Below, in pieces: positions 1 through 12,095 of a DNA stretch of 64,000 nt (position 1 is its first letter; every line of letters starts with the position of its first letter). Under the pieces are notes generated by a model, which did no database searches, was not told the DNA's origin, and worked only from the letters and a program-made list of their open reading frames with translations. The stretch lies in the NCBI RefSeq assembly GCF_009914755.1, contig NC_060931.1. One strand, written 5' to 3'. The DNA is from the human T2T-CHM13v2.0 reference genome, Homo sapiens. Position numbers and translations under genes: made by a program.

Positions 1-857
1 AATCTCACCTCTAGAGACTCAGTCACTAGACTGATGTGGGTGTACAAAGAGATGTCCTCTGAGAATGGCTCATTTCTCATCCTTGCTCTGCCATCTCAGC
101 TGGCTCTTTTCTGGGTTTGTGTGTGCCTGGTATATCACCCACCACAATCTACCCTCTATGAGGGAATATAATATGTATGTGCCATTCTCCCTCGCTACAG
201 GGTGGTTACTTGAAGGTAAAAGACCCAAGATTCATTTGTCTCTGAATCTCAGGCAGATATTAGTCCTGAGTGCATCAGTTACTAGAGACACACTGCATTG
301 AATTAAGTTAATACTCATTGTATGTTAAAGCTGAAATAATACTTAGAGATCTTCTAGTTTTTGGAGAGCAAAACTGGGTCCAAGTGGGCTGAAATGGTAT
401 ATTTCTTTAGCAATTGGCCAAAAGCAATCTGACCCTCAGAATATCTGCTTCCATTTTCCTCTTACTCTCTATATGCATCTCTCTCAAATTTAGCATACTA
501 TTTTGCATTTAGGTTTAGTTGACTTGTTCTTACAAATTTGTTGGTTTTTACATTTGTTTACAGATGATAAACTTCTCCCTTTTCCCCTTTGTCTGTTTCT
601 ATGAGTTATTTTTAAACCTGGATTGCAGTAAGGGAAATTCCTTAGAAAATAACTCTTAGGAAAACTGGCTCTGATTATTTTCTATTTAGAATTATATTGA
701 CAACAGCAATCCCCATGGCTGTGCTCAAAGATGCATTGTATAACAAAAAGATATTCCATTTCACATGGTCACATTAAGGAACATTGGTTTTGCCATTCTC
801 TATCATTTTCCCTCCGTTTTCATGTTACTCAGTGGTGTTCCTTGCTTTCCCCCACAG

Positions 858-884
858 GAACAGCTAACAAATATCATGAGATAG
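858..884 (+). other. Candidate terminal coding exon (EQLTNIMR*) of an unidentified upstream gene
   Basis: Pyrimidine tract and acceptor cttgctttcccccacag|GAA, 8 codons then TAG, ATTAAA at 942-947 followed by U/GU-rich sequence. Peptide not recognised; could be chance. Confidence 0.2.
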
Positions 885-1049
885 TTTTTCTTAAGAAAGT
901 AGTTTGCAGTTCCAGGAATTGTCAAATGTCTGAATCAGCATATTAAATACACTCAGCCTGCATTCCCTCAGTACCAGTATTTCTTTGGTCCCCAGTTGAC
1001 TGCTTTAGGTCAAGAAGGGTTGAATTGGATTAGAAGAAGTAGGAAAAGG

Positions 1050-2130
1050 AGGAAAAAGGAAATGGCATTTTTAGTACAGGGAAGAACACAAGCAATGGGA
1101 TGGGGTGACAAAGTTGCACACAAGTGAAGGAGCAACACAGGAGGGGTGGGGAGTGGGGTAGGGCACCAGCAGGAAGAGCTCTGAAGGAGGGCCCAGCTAG
1201 AGTTTATGCTATATATTACAGGTAACAGGGAACCAGAAAAGTGTGTGGGAAGAGTGACATGATTGGGCCTTGTGTGGGAAATATATTGGAGCAATTGCAC
1301 TTCTCATTTGAGGAGGGAGTACAGGGTAGGCAGAAAGATGAAACCAAAGGCTTTAATAGTAATCCAGATGAAAACAGGTAATGGTTAGAAATAGGGCTTG
1401 GTAATGAGCAAAGAAGCAGATAAAACCAGGAGCATATCAGAAGTAAAATGAACCAGAGTTAGTGAAAAGATGGGGTTGTAAGAGAGATGGCTGTGGGATG
1501 TTTTCAGCAGGAGGGATGCCTCAGGGTGGGGGTGCCATTGGCTGAGATAGTGACTGTGAGCAAAGCAATACATTTCTAGGGAGGGTGACAGATCTATTCT
1601 GAGCTGTGATGGAATGTCCTGGTAGAAATGTCATGCAGGCAAATGAAAGTTTTCACCTGGTGTCACAAGAAAGCTTGGGTGACAGGTGTATACTTGTCAC
1701 TTATGAGATGAAGATGGAAGTTGAAGTGAAGAGAGAGGCTGAGCTAACCCGGAGAGATATACAATATGGAAAGGGAAGAAGCTAGAGTCAGAAATCTAAG
1801 GACAGTACTATTTAAAGGGTATGTTGAAAAGAAGGACGGGGAAAAGGGAAGAGGAGAAGAACTGAAAAACAAACCAGAGTTTTGTACACCAAAGTAAAGA
1901 GAGTTTCATGAAGAAAAGTATGATCATAATTGTAAGTCGATACGCGAAAGTTGAATATGAGAAAGAATGAAAAGAAGCGGAATAATCAGAAAGTCATTAG
2001 TTACCTTTGAGGGAGCATTTTCAGTCCCGTGGTTATGTGATAGGGTATAGAGATCGGCCTCAGTTTTGTTGAGAATTCAGGAGGAAATCAGCAGAGGCAG
2101 CACATGCAGGGAATTCTTTCAGAAGTTTCG
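1050..2130 (-). mobile_element. LINE-2 (L2) fragment, highly diverged
   Basis: Purine-rich antisense L2-type text (gggaaccagaaaag...agagtgacatgat; gagcattttcagt...gtgg). Boundaries approximate. Confidence 0.6.
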
Positions 2131-2936
2131 TATAAATAGAGATAAAAGCAAATTGCCACAAAATGTGTTCAATGTAGGGAGACCAAAGCAAATATAGATA
2201 CCACCATATACAGGAGTGAATGGTAGCACCACATGATGTACCTGAGTCAAACTTGGGAGAACTTCCTTTCTCTTGTTCTGTATGTGTTCTTTCAAAAAAT
2301 CTTCAAAGATTATTACACTATTAAAGTTTTGCTACAATCTTCAGGAGTTCTTCAGCTAATCAATAGCATTTTCCTTTGCAAGTCACGTGTCAGAAAATTT
2401 ACGCTTTGTTAACACAAGTAATATTCTTCACTGGGGAATAACTTAATCCAGCTTCTCTCACTTGCCCCTTTGCCATCCTCAGAAATATCTGGTCATGAGT
2501 CACTTTTTGCTCATGCAGTACTCCTAATAGGTTCAAGAGATTTTTCTACATAAAGTGTCTCTATGTATTGAGAGACTGTGGCCAAATCTATCTTTTCCTT
2601 ACCCATGACCAACTCTAAATAGGAGCACCTAGTGTCTGTTGCAGGGCCCTGGCGGGGAGGGGGGGTGGCAGCAAGTGAGGACAAAGCTGCCAAGGGCTAG
2701 CAGTAACCAGTCAACGGGTCCTACCATCTGAGTTCCTATGACAAGTTCCCCACCTACATGGTGAGGTGTTTTAGAGCTGTGGTCAAACGTTTTATATAAA
2801 CAAGAGCTGAGACCACAAACTATTAAGTGCAACATGTCAGTTAATAATTATTTAGTGTCCAGAGCCAAGAAAGTACTTCTCACACAGAGTGTCCTTGAAA
2901 AGAGAACCATGATATTTACAATGCCAAGAGGACTTT

Positions 2937-2981
2937 TGTGAAGCAAGGCTATGTGTGAAGCAAGGCTATGTGTGAAGCAAG
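2937..2981. repeat. 17-bp tandem repeat (TGTGAAGCAAGGCTATG) x2.6
   Basis: Two exact copies plus an 11-nt partial copy. Confidence 0.95.
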
Positions 2982-3088
2982 TATGCAAATGCAGACTGGG
3001 CTAGGCCAAGTTTGGCTCCATTTGGAATAAAAGCTTTCTTTTTCTCTGCTTCTACTACATGCAACAACTATTTTATTTGGTTGCTTTA

Positions 3089-3175
3089 TTAGCAAGTAAG
3101 TGGAGCTGCAGAAAAGATTAATACAAATAAGTAAATTTTATTTAGCAAGTAAGTGGAGCTGTAGAAAAGATTAAT
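3089..3175. repeat. 34-bp direct duplication (3089-3122 / 3142-3175), period 53
   Basis: ttagcaagtaagtggagctg(c/t)agaaaagattaat occurs twice with 1 mismatch. Confidence 0.95.
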
Positions 3176-4703
3176 GCCATTTGTATGACTTTTCTTGATT
3201 GCAGTTATTAAGAACAATTCTTTCCTTATCTTTAGTGGTATTTGTATTTTTATGTTACTTTTTTTAAATTTTAAAACTACAGAAAATATTATCTGTAGTA
3301 TAATAAATACATTAAGATTAGTTAAAATCCCATCATGGGAGAAAAGCACTTTTAACATTATGTTCCAGTATTGATACATAGGGAAAAGATACAAAAATAT
3401 AAACCAAAGAGATTTCCATAGAAATTATTTAGTGGCTACACAGCATTTCATTGTTTGGATGTGTCATATTTTATTTTAAAAATCCTCTGTTGCTGGATAT
3501 TTATGCTGAATTCAACTTATTACTGTTTTTAACAATACTGAGAAAAATCTTACACATATATATTCATATATGGCACAAAATTTCCTCGACATACCATTGA
3601 TAAATGAGATTGTTCAAATGGATTAGCAATATTTCAAATCAGATAATAAATGGTGTTTGTAAAGCACTTACTGATAAGATACAATTCCTAAAGCGTATTT
3701 TCAAACTCAAAGTAGAGATATATTTAACTACCCTCCATCTATGAAACAAAACAGAAAACGGAGTGGAAAATCCTGATAAGATTAAACATATTTCTTATTT
3801 ATTGCCTGACCTAATTTGGTCAGTCACCTCTAGTTACCTTTAACAGTTTGAAGTCTGTGAGAGAGGCCTTTGACTTATGCTTCTTTCTTTAATGGAAGGA
3901 TTTTTTTCCCTTTTTAAATAGTAAGACTTGTGTGATGATAGAGCAAAGGTTTTTCTAGAGGAAGACATTTGCTCACCAATGTCACTGATCCTAGTTCTCT
4001 TTTCTAGCCTGAGGGGCAGTTATTAAAAAGAATTCACCACAAAGAGTCTATTTTTCTTATTAATCCACTTCCACGGGGTGGGGAAATAAAGATAAACTAA
4101 GGATGAATCTATAAATTATTTACATTTTTCTTCTTTGTTAGGACAGAATCCATGACCAAATCATCTTGGAATCCTGCAGAGTTCCTGATGCTTAACACTA
4201 ACTCCATTTGGACCTTAATCACTTCATTTGACCATTGCAATAACCATATAATATCAGAAAAGGCAGATGTCATTTTTCCCATTTTGCCAATGAAAATGAA
4301 AGACTGACAGGGCAGAAATGCAATGAGGCTAGCCAGGCTAAGAAGGGGGGGCACTTTTTTTGTAAGAAAGGAACAGAGAATTCTCTCTGGCTGGGAAAGA
4401 AGAGTGTATAAATAAGAGCCAGGAAACTGTTGCTTATCAGATCCGCGAAGCCCAGAGGATTCAATTCAGGCCAGTGCTACTATTGCAGGTCAGATTACAA
4501 GGAAGAGTGTCAAGAGGGAAAAGATGTTGAAGTCTTTGCCCTAGCTATTTGTGTAATGTCCACACGAAGATGTGATTAAGCACTATACGTGTGGCACTAG
4601 CTGTTACTGTACAATCAAAACTTCAATCAGAGTCATCATGAAGCATCTGTCTTGATGGTATGACTTTTAAGTCTAGGTGTAATGAGGCTGGAATGATCTA
4701 TGG

Positions 4704-5000
4704 CAGGGGTTCCCAACCCCCAGGCCACAGCATTGGTCCATGGCCTGTTAGGAACCGGTCCACAGAACAGGAGGTGAGCAGAGGTGAGTGAGCATTACTG
4801 CCAGAGCTCCGCCTCCTGTCAGATCAGCACCGGCATCAGATTCTCATAGGAGCGCAAACCATATTGTGAACTGCACATGCAAGGGATCTAGGCTGAGCCC
4901 TCCTTATGAGAATCTAACTAATGCCTGATGATCTGAGGTGGAACAGTTTCATCCCAAAACCAACCCCCATCCCTGGTGTCAGGAAGGTTGGGAACCGCTG
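4704..5000 (+). mobile_element. MER1B-type hAT-Charlie MITE
   Basis: TIRs CAGGGGTTCCCAACC...GGTTGGGAACCGCTG, typical MER1 interior (tcagattctcataggagcgcaaacc), degenerate 8-bp TSD atctatgg/ctctatag. Confidence 0.85.
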
Positions 5001-5489
5001 CTCTATAGTGTCAGCTGTCATACACCTGGTGTGGTGGGCAGTATGGTGGCGTTAGGGGAACAGAAACCAAATTTGAGAAGTTCATGTTTATTTCAGTTAA
5101 TGTTTATTTCAAATTACACATCCTATATGTAACTTCCTCTTCTTTCTCTTTCTCTGCCTTTTTTATTTTTGTCTCTCTCATCTTTCTCACTGTTATTCAG
5201 AGAGAACTTAAAGGGGCAATAACTTCAAACACATGGACTGTGACCAATTGACAAATATGGGTGCTATGGGAGCTGCACTCAAGTTTATCTTATTTCCTCC
5301 ATGTCTTCCCATCCACCCTATCACTAAAATAGACTTCCATGGACACACGGGGCCCACATGAGCACCCACACAGCCTTCCCTGAGAGCGCCATAGGACCCT
5401 TCTCCTGGGCCTCTCTTCCACTGCTGTCTGCAGTCCAGGGGCTGGCACCACCAGTCAAGAGGCTGATGACTTACCTAAAACCACACAGG

Positions 5490-6290
5490 TAATGGCTAAT
5501 TATTGTACAACAGAGATGTGTAACAAACAACTGAATTACCCTAGCAGCATACAACAACAAGCATTTCATTTTACTAGCCACCTGTGGGCCAGCTGGGCAG
5601 TTACGGTCTCAACTGAGCAGTTCTACTGGTCTGAGCTGGGATCACGGGGTTCACTTAGGTGTTGTGAGATTTTTTAAATAATAAAATAGAATTCCAAATA
5701 CAATTGCATTTATGGAAAATATTGTATTTACTCCAAACAAATTGATGCACACATGTTTTGGCGATAAGGAAAGATTTTACATTTGTTGTTTGTGATAAAA
5801 TTAAGAATATTATTTATTTTTTTAAAGGTGCATAAACCCATCACTCTTCTGCAATTATTTCCATGTTTGTGTATTCTCTTGTATACAAGAGAATTTTTGT
5901 AAAAAACAAAGGGTTGTTATAATATATATCCCATTTTATATTCTGCTTTTTCATATTTTCAAATCTCCCTATTATCAATTGTGAGTTGACTAGAGATTGG
6001 ATGTGTGGCTTTACTGATCTGGGCTGGGCTCTCACACATGTCTGGGCCCAGCAAAGACAGCTGGTCAAAGCAGAGAAGCAAGGGATACCACAAACACGTG
6101 CACAGCCTCTTAATGCCTAGTGCTCAAGGGTTGCACAGCATCACTTCCTCACATCCTATGTTCAGACTTTGGAAACGGGGAAATTCTTTCAATCTCTTGA
6201 TTAAAGGGACTCCACAGTCACATTGCAAACGATTAGGATGCAGGAAAGGCTGGAGAAAAGAACCCATATTTGCAATCAATCCCCCACTCC
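5490..6290 (-). mobile_element. MLT1F/G/H-type MaLR LTR, interrupted at ~5662-5985 by an AT-rich insert
   Basis: MLT1-type motifs on both sides of the insert (acaacaacaagcattt; ctgatctgggctgggctctcacacatgtctggg; gtcacattgcaaa; tttgcaatcaatc). Confidence 0.6.
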
Positions 6291-7294
6291 ATGAAACATA
6301 CCTGGTCTAGCTTGCTGGAGGAAGAGCCATTTGTCTACAATGGGGCCATATTAAATAAGCCAATACCCAGCCAGCCACCAGGCATACATGAGAGAGCCAC
6401 AAGAGCAGAAGAACCTCCCTGACAAGCCCAGCCCAGATTGTCACAGTAGGCTTGTGAGGAATGTGTCAATCACTAATACACACAGTAAGTGATTTGATTC
6501 AGGGCAGAATTCTACGTCTTTTGCCTACCAATTAAATGTTCCTACCCTGAGCTATGTTATCCTTTGTAATATTTGTTGAATGAGTTAAGAAATGAAAGAA
6601 CACATGAATCAACATGAATAATCTAAGGTTAAGGTTCTAAAATAGTCTAGATTTAGTTGTCTAGTGTGCCATCATTTTTATTAAGAAGTAAGCTCTATAT
6701 GGTCAGTGATTTTATTATTTTCTGCCTTCAGCTCCTAGAACAGTGAAAGCCACACACTAAATATTTGTGTTTATATTATCGGTTTCCAGCTGGCATGAAT
6801 GAACTTCTCTCAAAACACATTTGCTTTAATTATTTTATTCAAAATAGATTCACATTAAATTGCTCTCTTATATAGATCAGAGTGGAAGAGCACAGTGAAG
6901 TGTGTAGGGAACACACTCCAAGGCCCTCCTGAATTCCCAGACCTGCCAGCACCAGGCTTCTCACAGGATCACCCCAAAAAGGAACATGAGGCGTGGAGAT
7001 CAGGCCAGGCAGAACTGACAAAGTGGGTGACTGATTCCTAAAAACCCCTTTCAGAGAGAAAAACATGATTTTAGGGGCTTAACCACAACTGCTAACAGTG
7101 ATTATGAAAAATACAGCAGCTACTACCTGTATATAATAAATGACAAACGTATTTATTCCAACTTTTATTTACTAAGAAATTTTCCTTGAACCCATATATT
7201 AAAAAGAAAAAAATTCAGAAAGATATTTCAGATATTCAGTATTATGCCTCTATACTTAGTATTTATTTAAAGCTTATAAACATTTAGTCAAAAC

Positions 7295-7414
7295 ATTTGA
7301 CAAAATCTGAGTAAGGATTTCTAAATTTGTAAGGGGAAAATTCTTTCCGTTCCTGTTGTAGATTTCACTGACCATTAGTCTTTTAACTGCCGTATTTCCT
7401 CCTGTTTACGATGA
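7295..7414. repeat. Left arm of 120-bp inverted repeat (partner 8736-8855)
   Basis: Ungapped reverse-complement match at 113/120, with a 42-bp perfect core. Confidence 0.97.
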
Positions 7415-8059
7415 CACTCTGTTATGGCATATGGACCATCTTAAAAATTAGCATCACATTACCTTTACTAATCCTGAGAGAGCAGGAACTCTTCATCGGT
7501 CTTACTTATTGGTCGTATAGGGAAAACAAGAGATCCATTTTTAGATGCCGAGAGTTTTACTAGATTCTGGTTTTAAGTATAGCAATAAAAATTGTTTTTG
7601 ACCCACACCACAAAAATGTCCAAATTTCTTTCATTGCCAAACACACACACATGCACAAGCATGCATGTATGTGCTCACACATACATTTGAGTGTGCATGA
7701 GTTAAAACATGGAGTTAAAATGTGTGAAATTATAGGAACTCAAGTATTTAAAATTATGCGAACTACTAAAAGGAATAGTGTCATTCCTGTGTAAGAGACT
7801 CACGTGGTTGATCTAGAGTTTAAAATGAACAGGAGTTTATAGAAATATAAACACATATTTAATATTAAATAATAATAAACAATAAATAATAATAATAATA
7901 ATGAACAATAATATTATAATTAAATTCCATATCTCAAAAAATTCCATAATAAGAAATTCCATATCTGAGAAAAAGAAATGGAATATCCATAGAAGAGTTA
8001 TATACTTTTACAATTTTAGCATCTAAAGGGTGCTCAACCCCTGCCCACTCTACTCTGCC

Positions 8060-8340
8060 ACTTTATTAATGAACTTTGAGGACAGTCAAGTATATACCTC
8101 ACCCAAAGCTACCCAGCTCAGAGATAAGAGGCCTGGTTTTCAAACCCAGGAGTCAAGTGTTTTCTACTTTCTCCCAGTGTATTTCTTTATAGACAATTTT
8201 AAGTCTTAAAACTAGGAGCTTGATTATAGGTTGTCTAGTTGAACTTCATTTTTTAACTGGAGAGAGAATTAAAATGTCCAAAATGAAGATCGCATGGCTG
8301 GGCATTGACAGATCTTGAATCCAGGAACCCCGATGTTAAA
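8060..8340. mobile_element. MIR-like SINE fragments
   Basis: cacccaaagctacccagct...ttcaaacccagg and cttcatttt...aagatcgcatggct...ttgaatccagg, which are MIR core-like. Confidence 0.55.
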
Positions 8341-8706
8341 CCATTATTTTTCCCACTTTACTAAACTCTCTCTTTTTTAATTTTATTAGATTCTGGGTAT
8401 AATTTTGCCTCACATGCTATGATGTGTTTCCCATTTTTAAAAAGCTTCATAATGTTCTGAGAATAAAAAGAAGGGAACACATCTTTAAGCTTAGTAGCAA
8501 AGTTATGAAAACATAAATTTGTTAATGATAGTATGACATCGACTTCAGCATCCCCAGATCTCATTCTTTATATGCGAACATCTATGAGCAAATGCACTTA
8601 GTATTTGGACACAGGAACCACATAACAGCTATTAACAGCAAGTGAAAAATATTTCAAACACTACGTACCCCAACTGACATTTGAGTAGCAGTTAAGTTCT
8701 TGGAAC

Positions 8707-8734
8707 GCTGCCATTTTGATCTGTTACGTAACAG
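8707..8734. promoter_or_regulatory. YY1-like site (CAAAATGGCAGC on minus) next to a perfect PAR-bZIP/D-box palindrome CTGTTACGTAACAG
   Basis: The 14-bp perfect palindrome at 8721-8734 contains GTTACGTAAC (RTTAYGTAAY consensus). Motif match only, no binding data. Confidence 0.35.
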
Positions 8735-8735
8735 C

Positions 8736-8855
8736 TCATTGTAAACAGGATGAAATAGGGCAGTTAAAAGACTAATGGTCAGTGAAATCTACAACAGGAA
8801 TGGAAAGAATTTTCCCCTTAAAAATTTGGAAATCCTTATTCAGATTTTGTCAAAT
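8736..8855. repeat. Right arm of 120-bp inverted repeat (partner 7295-7414)
   Basis: Ungapped reverse-complement match at 113/120. Confidence 0.97.
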
Positions 8856-9164
8856 TATTAATTAAAAATAAAACTCACAAGGTCAAAGTATAAAAATAAC
8901 AGCCAACCAATTTGCTCTCCTCTGGAGAACATATATCACAGGATGCTTTACTCAGCCCCATACTGTTTAAACATAGTTTTACAGTCTCTCCTGCTTGAAA
9001 ACCCAGATATGCTCTTTGCAGATATGTTAAAACCACACATACAGGTAAACACGCGCCACATGGGAGGTAGCTCTGTTCCTGTGCACGGGTCCCGCATACA
9101 AGGTAGCTCATCTGCATCACCATGACAACAGCCAGGAATGCAGCTCACAGGCCACTACTGCAGG

Positions 9165-9330
9165 CCTTGGAGCCAGGCAGACCTGGGGCTAAAGCCAGCT
9201 GCACCAGCTACCTGTGCTGTTTGGTTACTTATTTAACCTCTCTCAGGCTGTGAAAATAAATTAATTAACCCATGTGAAGCATTCAGCCAATGGCTGGCAC
9301 ACAGGAAAGTGGTAGCACGTGTTATTTTTG
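9165..9330 (+). mobile_element. MIR fragment
   Basis: ccttggagccaggcagacctggg...ttacttatttaacctctctc...tgtgaagcattcagc. Confidence 0.6.
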
Positions 9331-11115
9331 TAATCATTATATGAAAAGCCAGCTCGAGCACCTGAGCCTCTGCAGGTACACAGAAATGGAATCCACTATT
9401 ATTTTAACCATTTTCCTGATAGTTGCTAGTCCACATTACTTACAATTCAGAGCAAGTGATTTTCCCTTGGTCTAAACTTTCCCCTTCATTTTTATGGCTG
9501 TTTCACCGTTTCTCAGAATTTCTGTTGCCCTCCACTTACAACAACTTTCCACACACACTCACCCCATCTCAGGAATAAAAATAGTGACCCATTAAAAAAA
9601 ATTCAAAAACATCATTTCAATCTAAGTCACATTCTTCATGCATGGCTTATTTGAATCTTCTGTGTCCTTCGTTCTCATGATTGTATGTCACACTGTGCAT
9701 TTTAATGTTCTAATTATCCATAGGTCGAAACAGCAGCCACTATTTTAGAGCTGTAGCAATCCACTTGAAAAATCTGGAGGAAAAATGTTTTTCATATTAA
9801 CCAAAGCACATTTCCTTCCTGATATTTCCTTATTACCCCCTTTTGACATTCAAGTGAAGGTGATTGCCAAGAAAAGATTTTGATGGTAGAACACTGAACA
9901 TAAAAGAGCCAGTTCTTGGTTTTTAAATCTCAAAAGTCAACAAGTATGTGATAACTTTCCCCATCCTTCAGAATAGAAAAAAAAAAAATCCCCCAAATCA
10001 TGGGAGGAACAGAGAATTGCGGAAGGACAGGAAGCTTGATTATTCAGCAGCATCTCTGACTTGAGGTCTGAGCTCCAGGTCCACTCCAAGGCAGGTCTAG
10101 TGTGAGAAGAGAACATTCTAGACAGGCCTGGGGAACCTGAGGGCATAGTAGACCTTCACATGTCCCTCTTGTTGAAGCCCCAGGAAGCAGTGCAGCCTCA
10201 AGCCCGGCAAGGGAGCAGCAGGCTAGAACCGTCTGGGACAACCTCCATCCAACAATTCCCTATAGCCCAGATTGCTGCAAAAACATCAGTTTCCCATCTC
10301 CCCCAAATAGCATGAAACTATAAAGAAGATTAGTCAGATGCAGAGATAATTAAAACTGAGGATGAGATCACTGAAGAACATAGTTGTGAAAATGCATGCC
10401 AACAACTAAATAACAGGCAGAATTAAGGATGGCTCAGTGGCTACCAGCCCAGAGAAGCACTGCAAAAATCACAAGCCATTAAACCTCGGGCATCCTCTGA
10501 GAAATAAAGGAGAGAGTGAGGTCATCCAGAGTTATCAAGCATTAGGTTTCAGAAATTAAGGAACTCAACATAGAAATTGTGATCAGGTACCAAAAAATAA
10601 AGTTACATTTCTTGCACACCTAAATTTATATATATGTAAATTCATATCTACAACATAAACAGACACTTTTAAAAAAATATCAGGATATCGGAGAAGCAGT
10701 TCTCTCAATTCACAATTATTTTACTATTTGAGTTCATGAGCATGAGCTTTAGAAAAATCAAAGGGCAGAGCACAGCATTAGGACCGGAGGTGCTGGGCAG
10801 ATTTTGGCTCCCAATCCCCCATACAGACACTTGTCTGGTGCTTCTTCATTTTTCCATTCGACTTCACCAATGCAGAGCTGGTCTTCTCTTTTTTATCTTC
10901 AGTTTCTAGGGTTTTACCAAATTTAAAATGCCAGGGGCATATCTTAACCCCACACCAGAAGGGCTCTAGCAACATAACAGTGGGATTCATCTTGTTGACC
11001 TCACTTCTGATTTACCTTCTAACAACAACAAAAATGACAAAGCATGATAAAGGCATGAAAAAACACTTCTTATGAGACAAAGCAAACATTAGAACTAGGC
11101 TTAAGTAATACAGAG

Positions 11116-11658
11116 TGTATTCGTCAGGGTTCTCTAGAGGAACAAAACTAATAGAATAGATGTATATATGAAGGGGAGTTAATTAAGGAGTATTGACTCA
11201 CATGATCACAAGGTGAAGTACTGCAATAGGCCATCTGCAAGCTGAGGAGCAAGGAAGACAGTGCAAGTCCCAAAACCTCAAAAGCAAGGAAACCGACAGT
11301 GCAGCCTTCAGTCTGTGGGTGAAGGCCCAGGAGCCCCTGGCAAACCACAGTGTAAGTCCAAGAGTCCAAAAGCCGAGGAACTTGGAGTCAGATGTTTGGA
11401 GGCAGGAAGCATCCAGCACAGGAAAGAGATGAAGGCTGGAAGACTCAGCAAGTTCACTCCTTCCACCTTCTTCTGCCTGCTTTAGCCACGCTGGTATCTG
11501 ATTAGACGGCGCCCACCCAGATTGAGGGTGGGTCTGCCTCTCCCAGTCCACTGACTCAAATGTTAATCTCCTTTGGCAACACCCTCATAGACACACCCAG
11601 GAACAATACTTTGCATCCTTCAATCCAGTGAAGTTGATACTTTATATTAGTCATCATA
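11116..11658 (-). mobile_element. MLT2A1/A2 (HERV-L) solo LTR
   Basis: Reverse complement matches the MLT2A start (…ggattgaaggatgcaaagtattgttcctgggtgtgtct…gagattaacatttgagtcagtggactgggagaggcagacccaccc); degenerate 5-bp TSD. Confidence 0.85.
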
Positions 11659-11805
11659 CGGATTTAAAAACTATCAGACAGCATATTTAAAATAACTATA
11701 ATTAATATGTTAAGAACTCTCATAGAAAAAGGAGGCAATATGTAACAGATAACTAATGGAAGCAGAGATGAAAACTTGAAGAAAGAACTAGAAAGAAATG
11801 CTTCT

Positions 11806-12095
11806 AGCCACCAAAAGAGGACTAGTGTATGATCTCATTTATATGAGGTATCTAAAGTACTCAGATTAATAAAAGCACAAAGTAGAACGGTGGCCACCAG
11901 GGACTGGAGGAAAGGGGGAAAGGCATGTTGTTGTTTAGTGGGTACAGCATTTCAGTTTGGAATGATGAAAAAGTTCTGGATATTTGTTGCACAATGTAAA
12001 TATCATTAACAACACCGACTTGTACCCTTAAAAATGGTCTAGGTGGAAATTTTACATTATGTGGTAGTTTTTTTTCTAATCACAATTTTTTAAAA
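11806..12095 (+). mobile_element. L1MB-type 3' end fragment
   Basis: tgtatgatctcatttatatgaggtatcta…tttcagtttggaatgatgaaaaagttctgga…cttaaaaatggt. Confidence 0.7.

Noticed and set aside
7295-8855. 1.56-kb DNA transposon with 120-bp TIRs
   Set aside because: No TSD and no transposase remnant; the spacer contains MIR-like fragments far older than the 6% arm divergence.
11610-11640. DUX4 site in the MLT2A LTR (embryonic promoter)
   Set aside because: The expected CAATCCAATCA reads CAATCCAGTGA here, so the motif is degraded.
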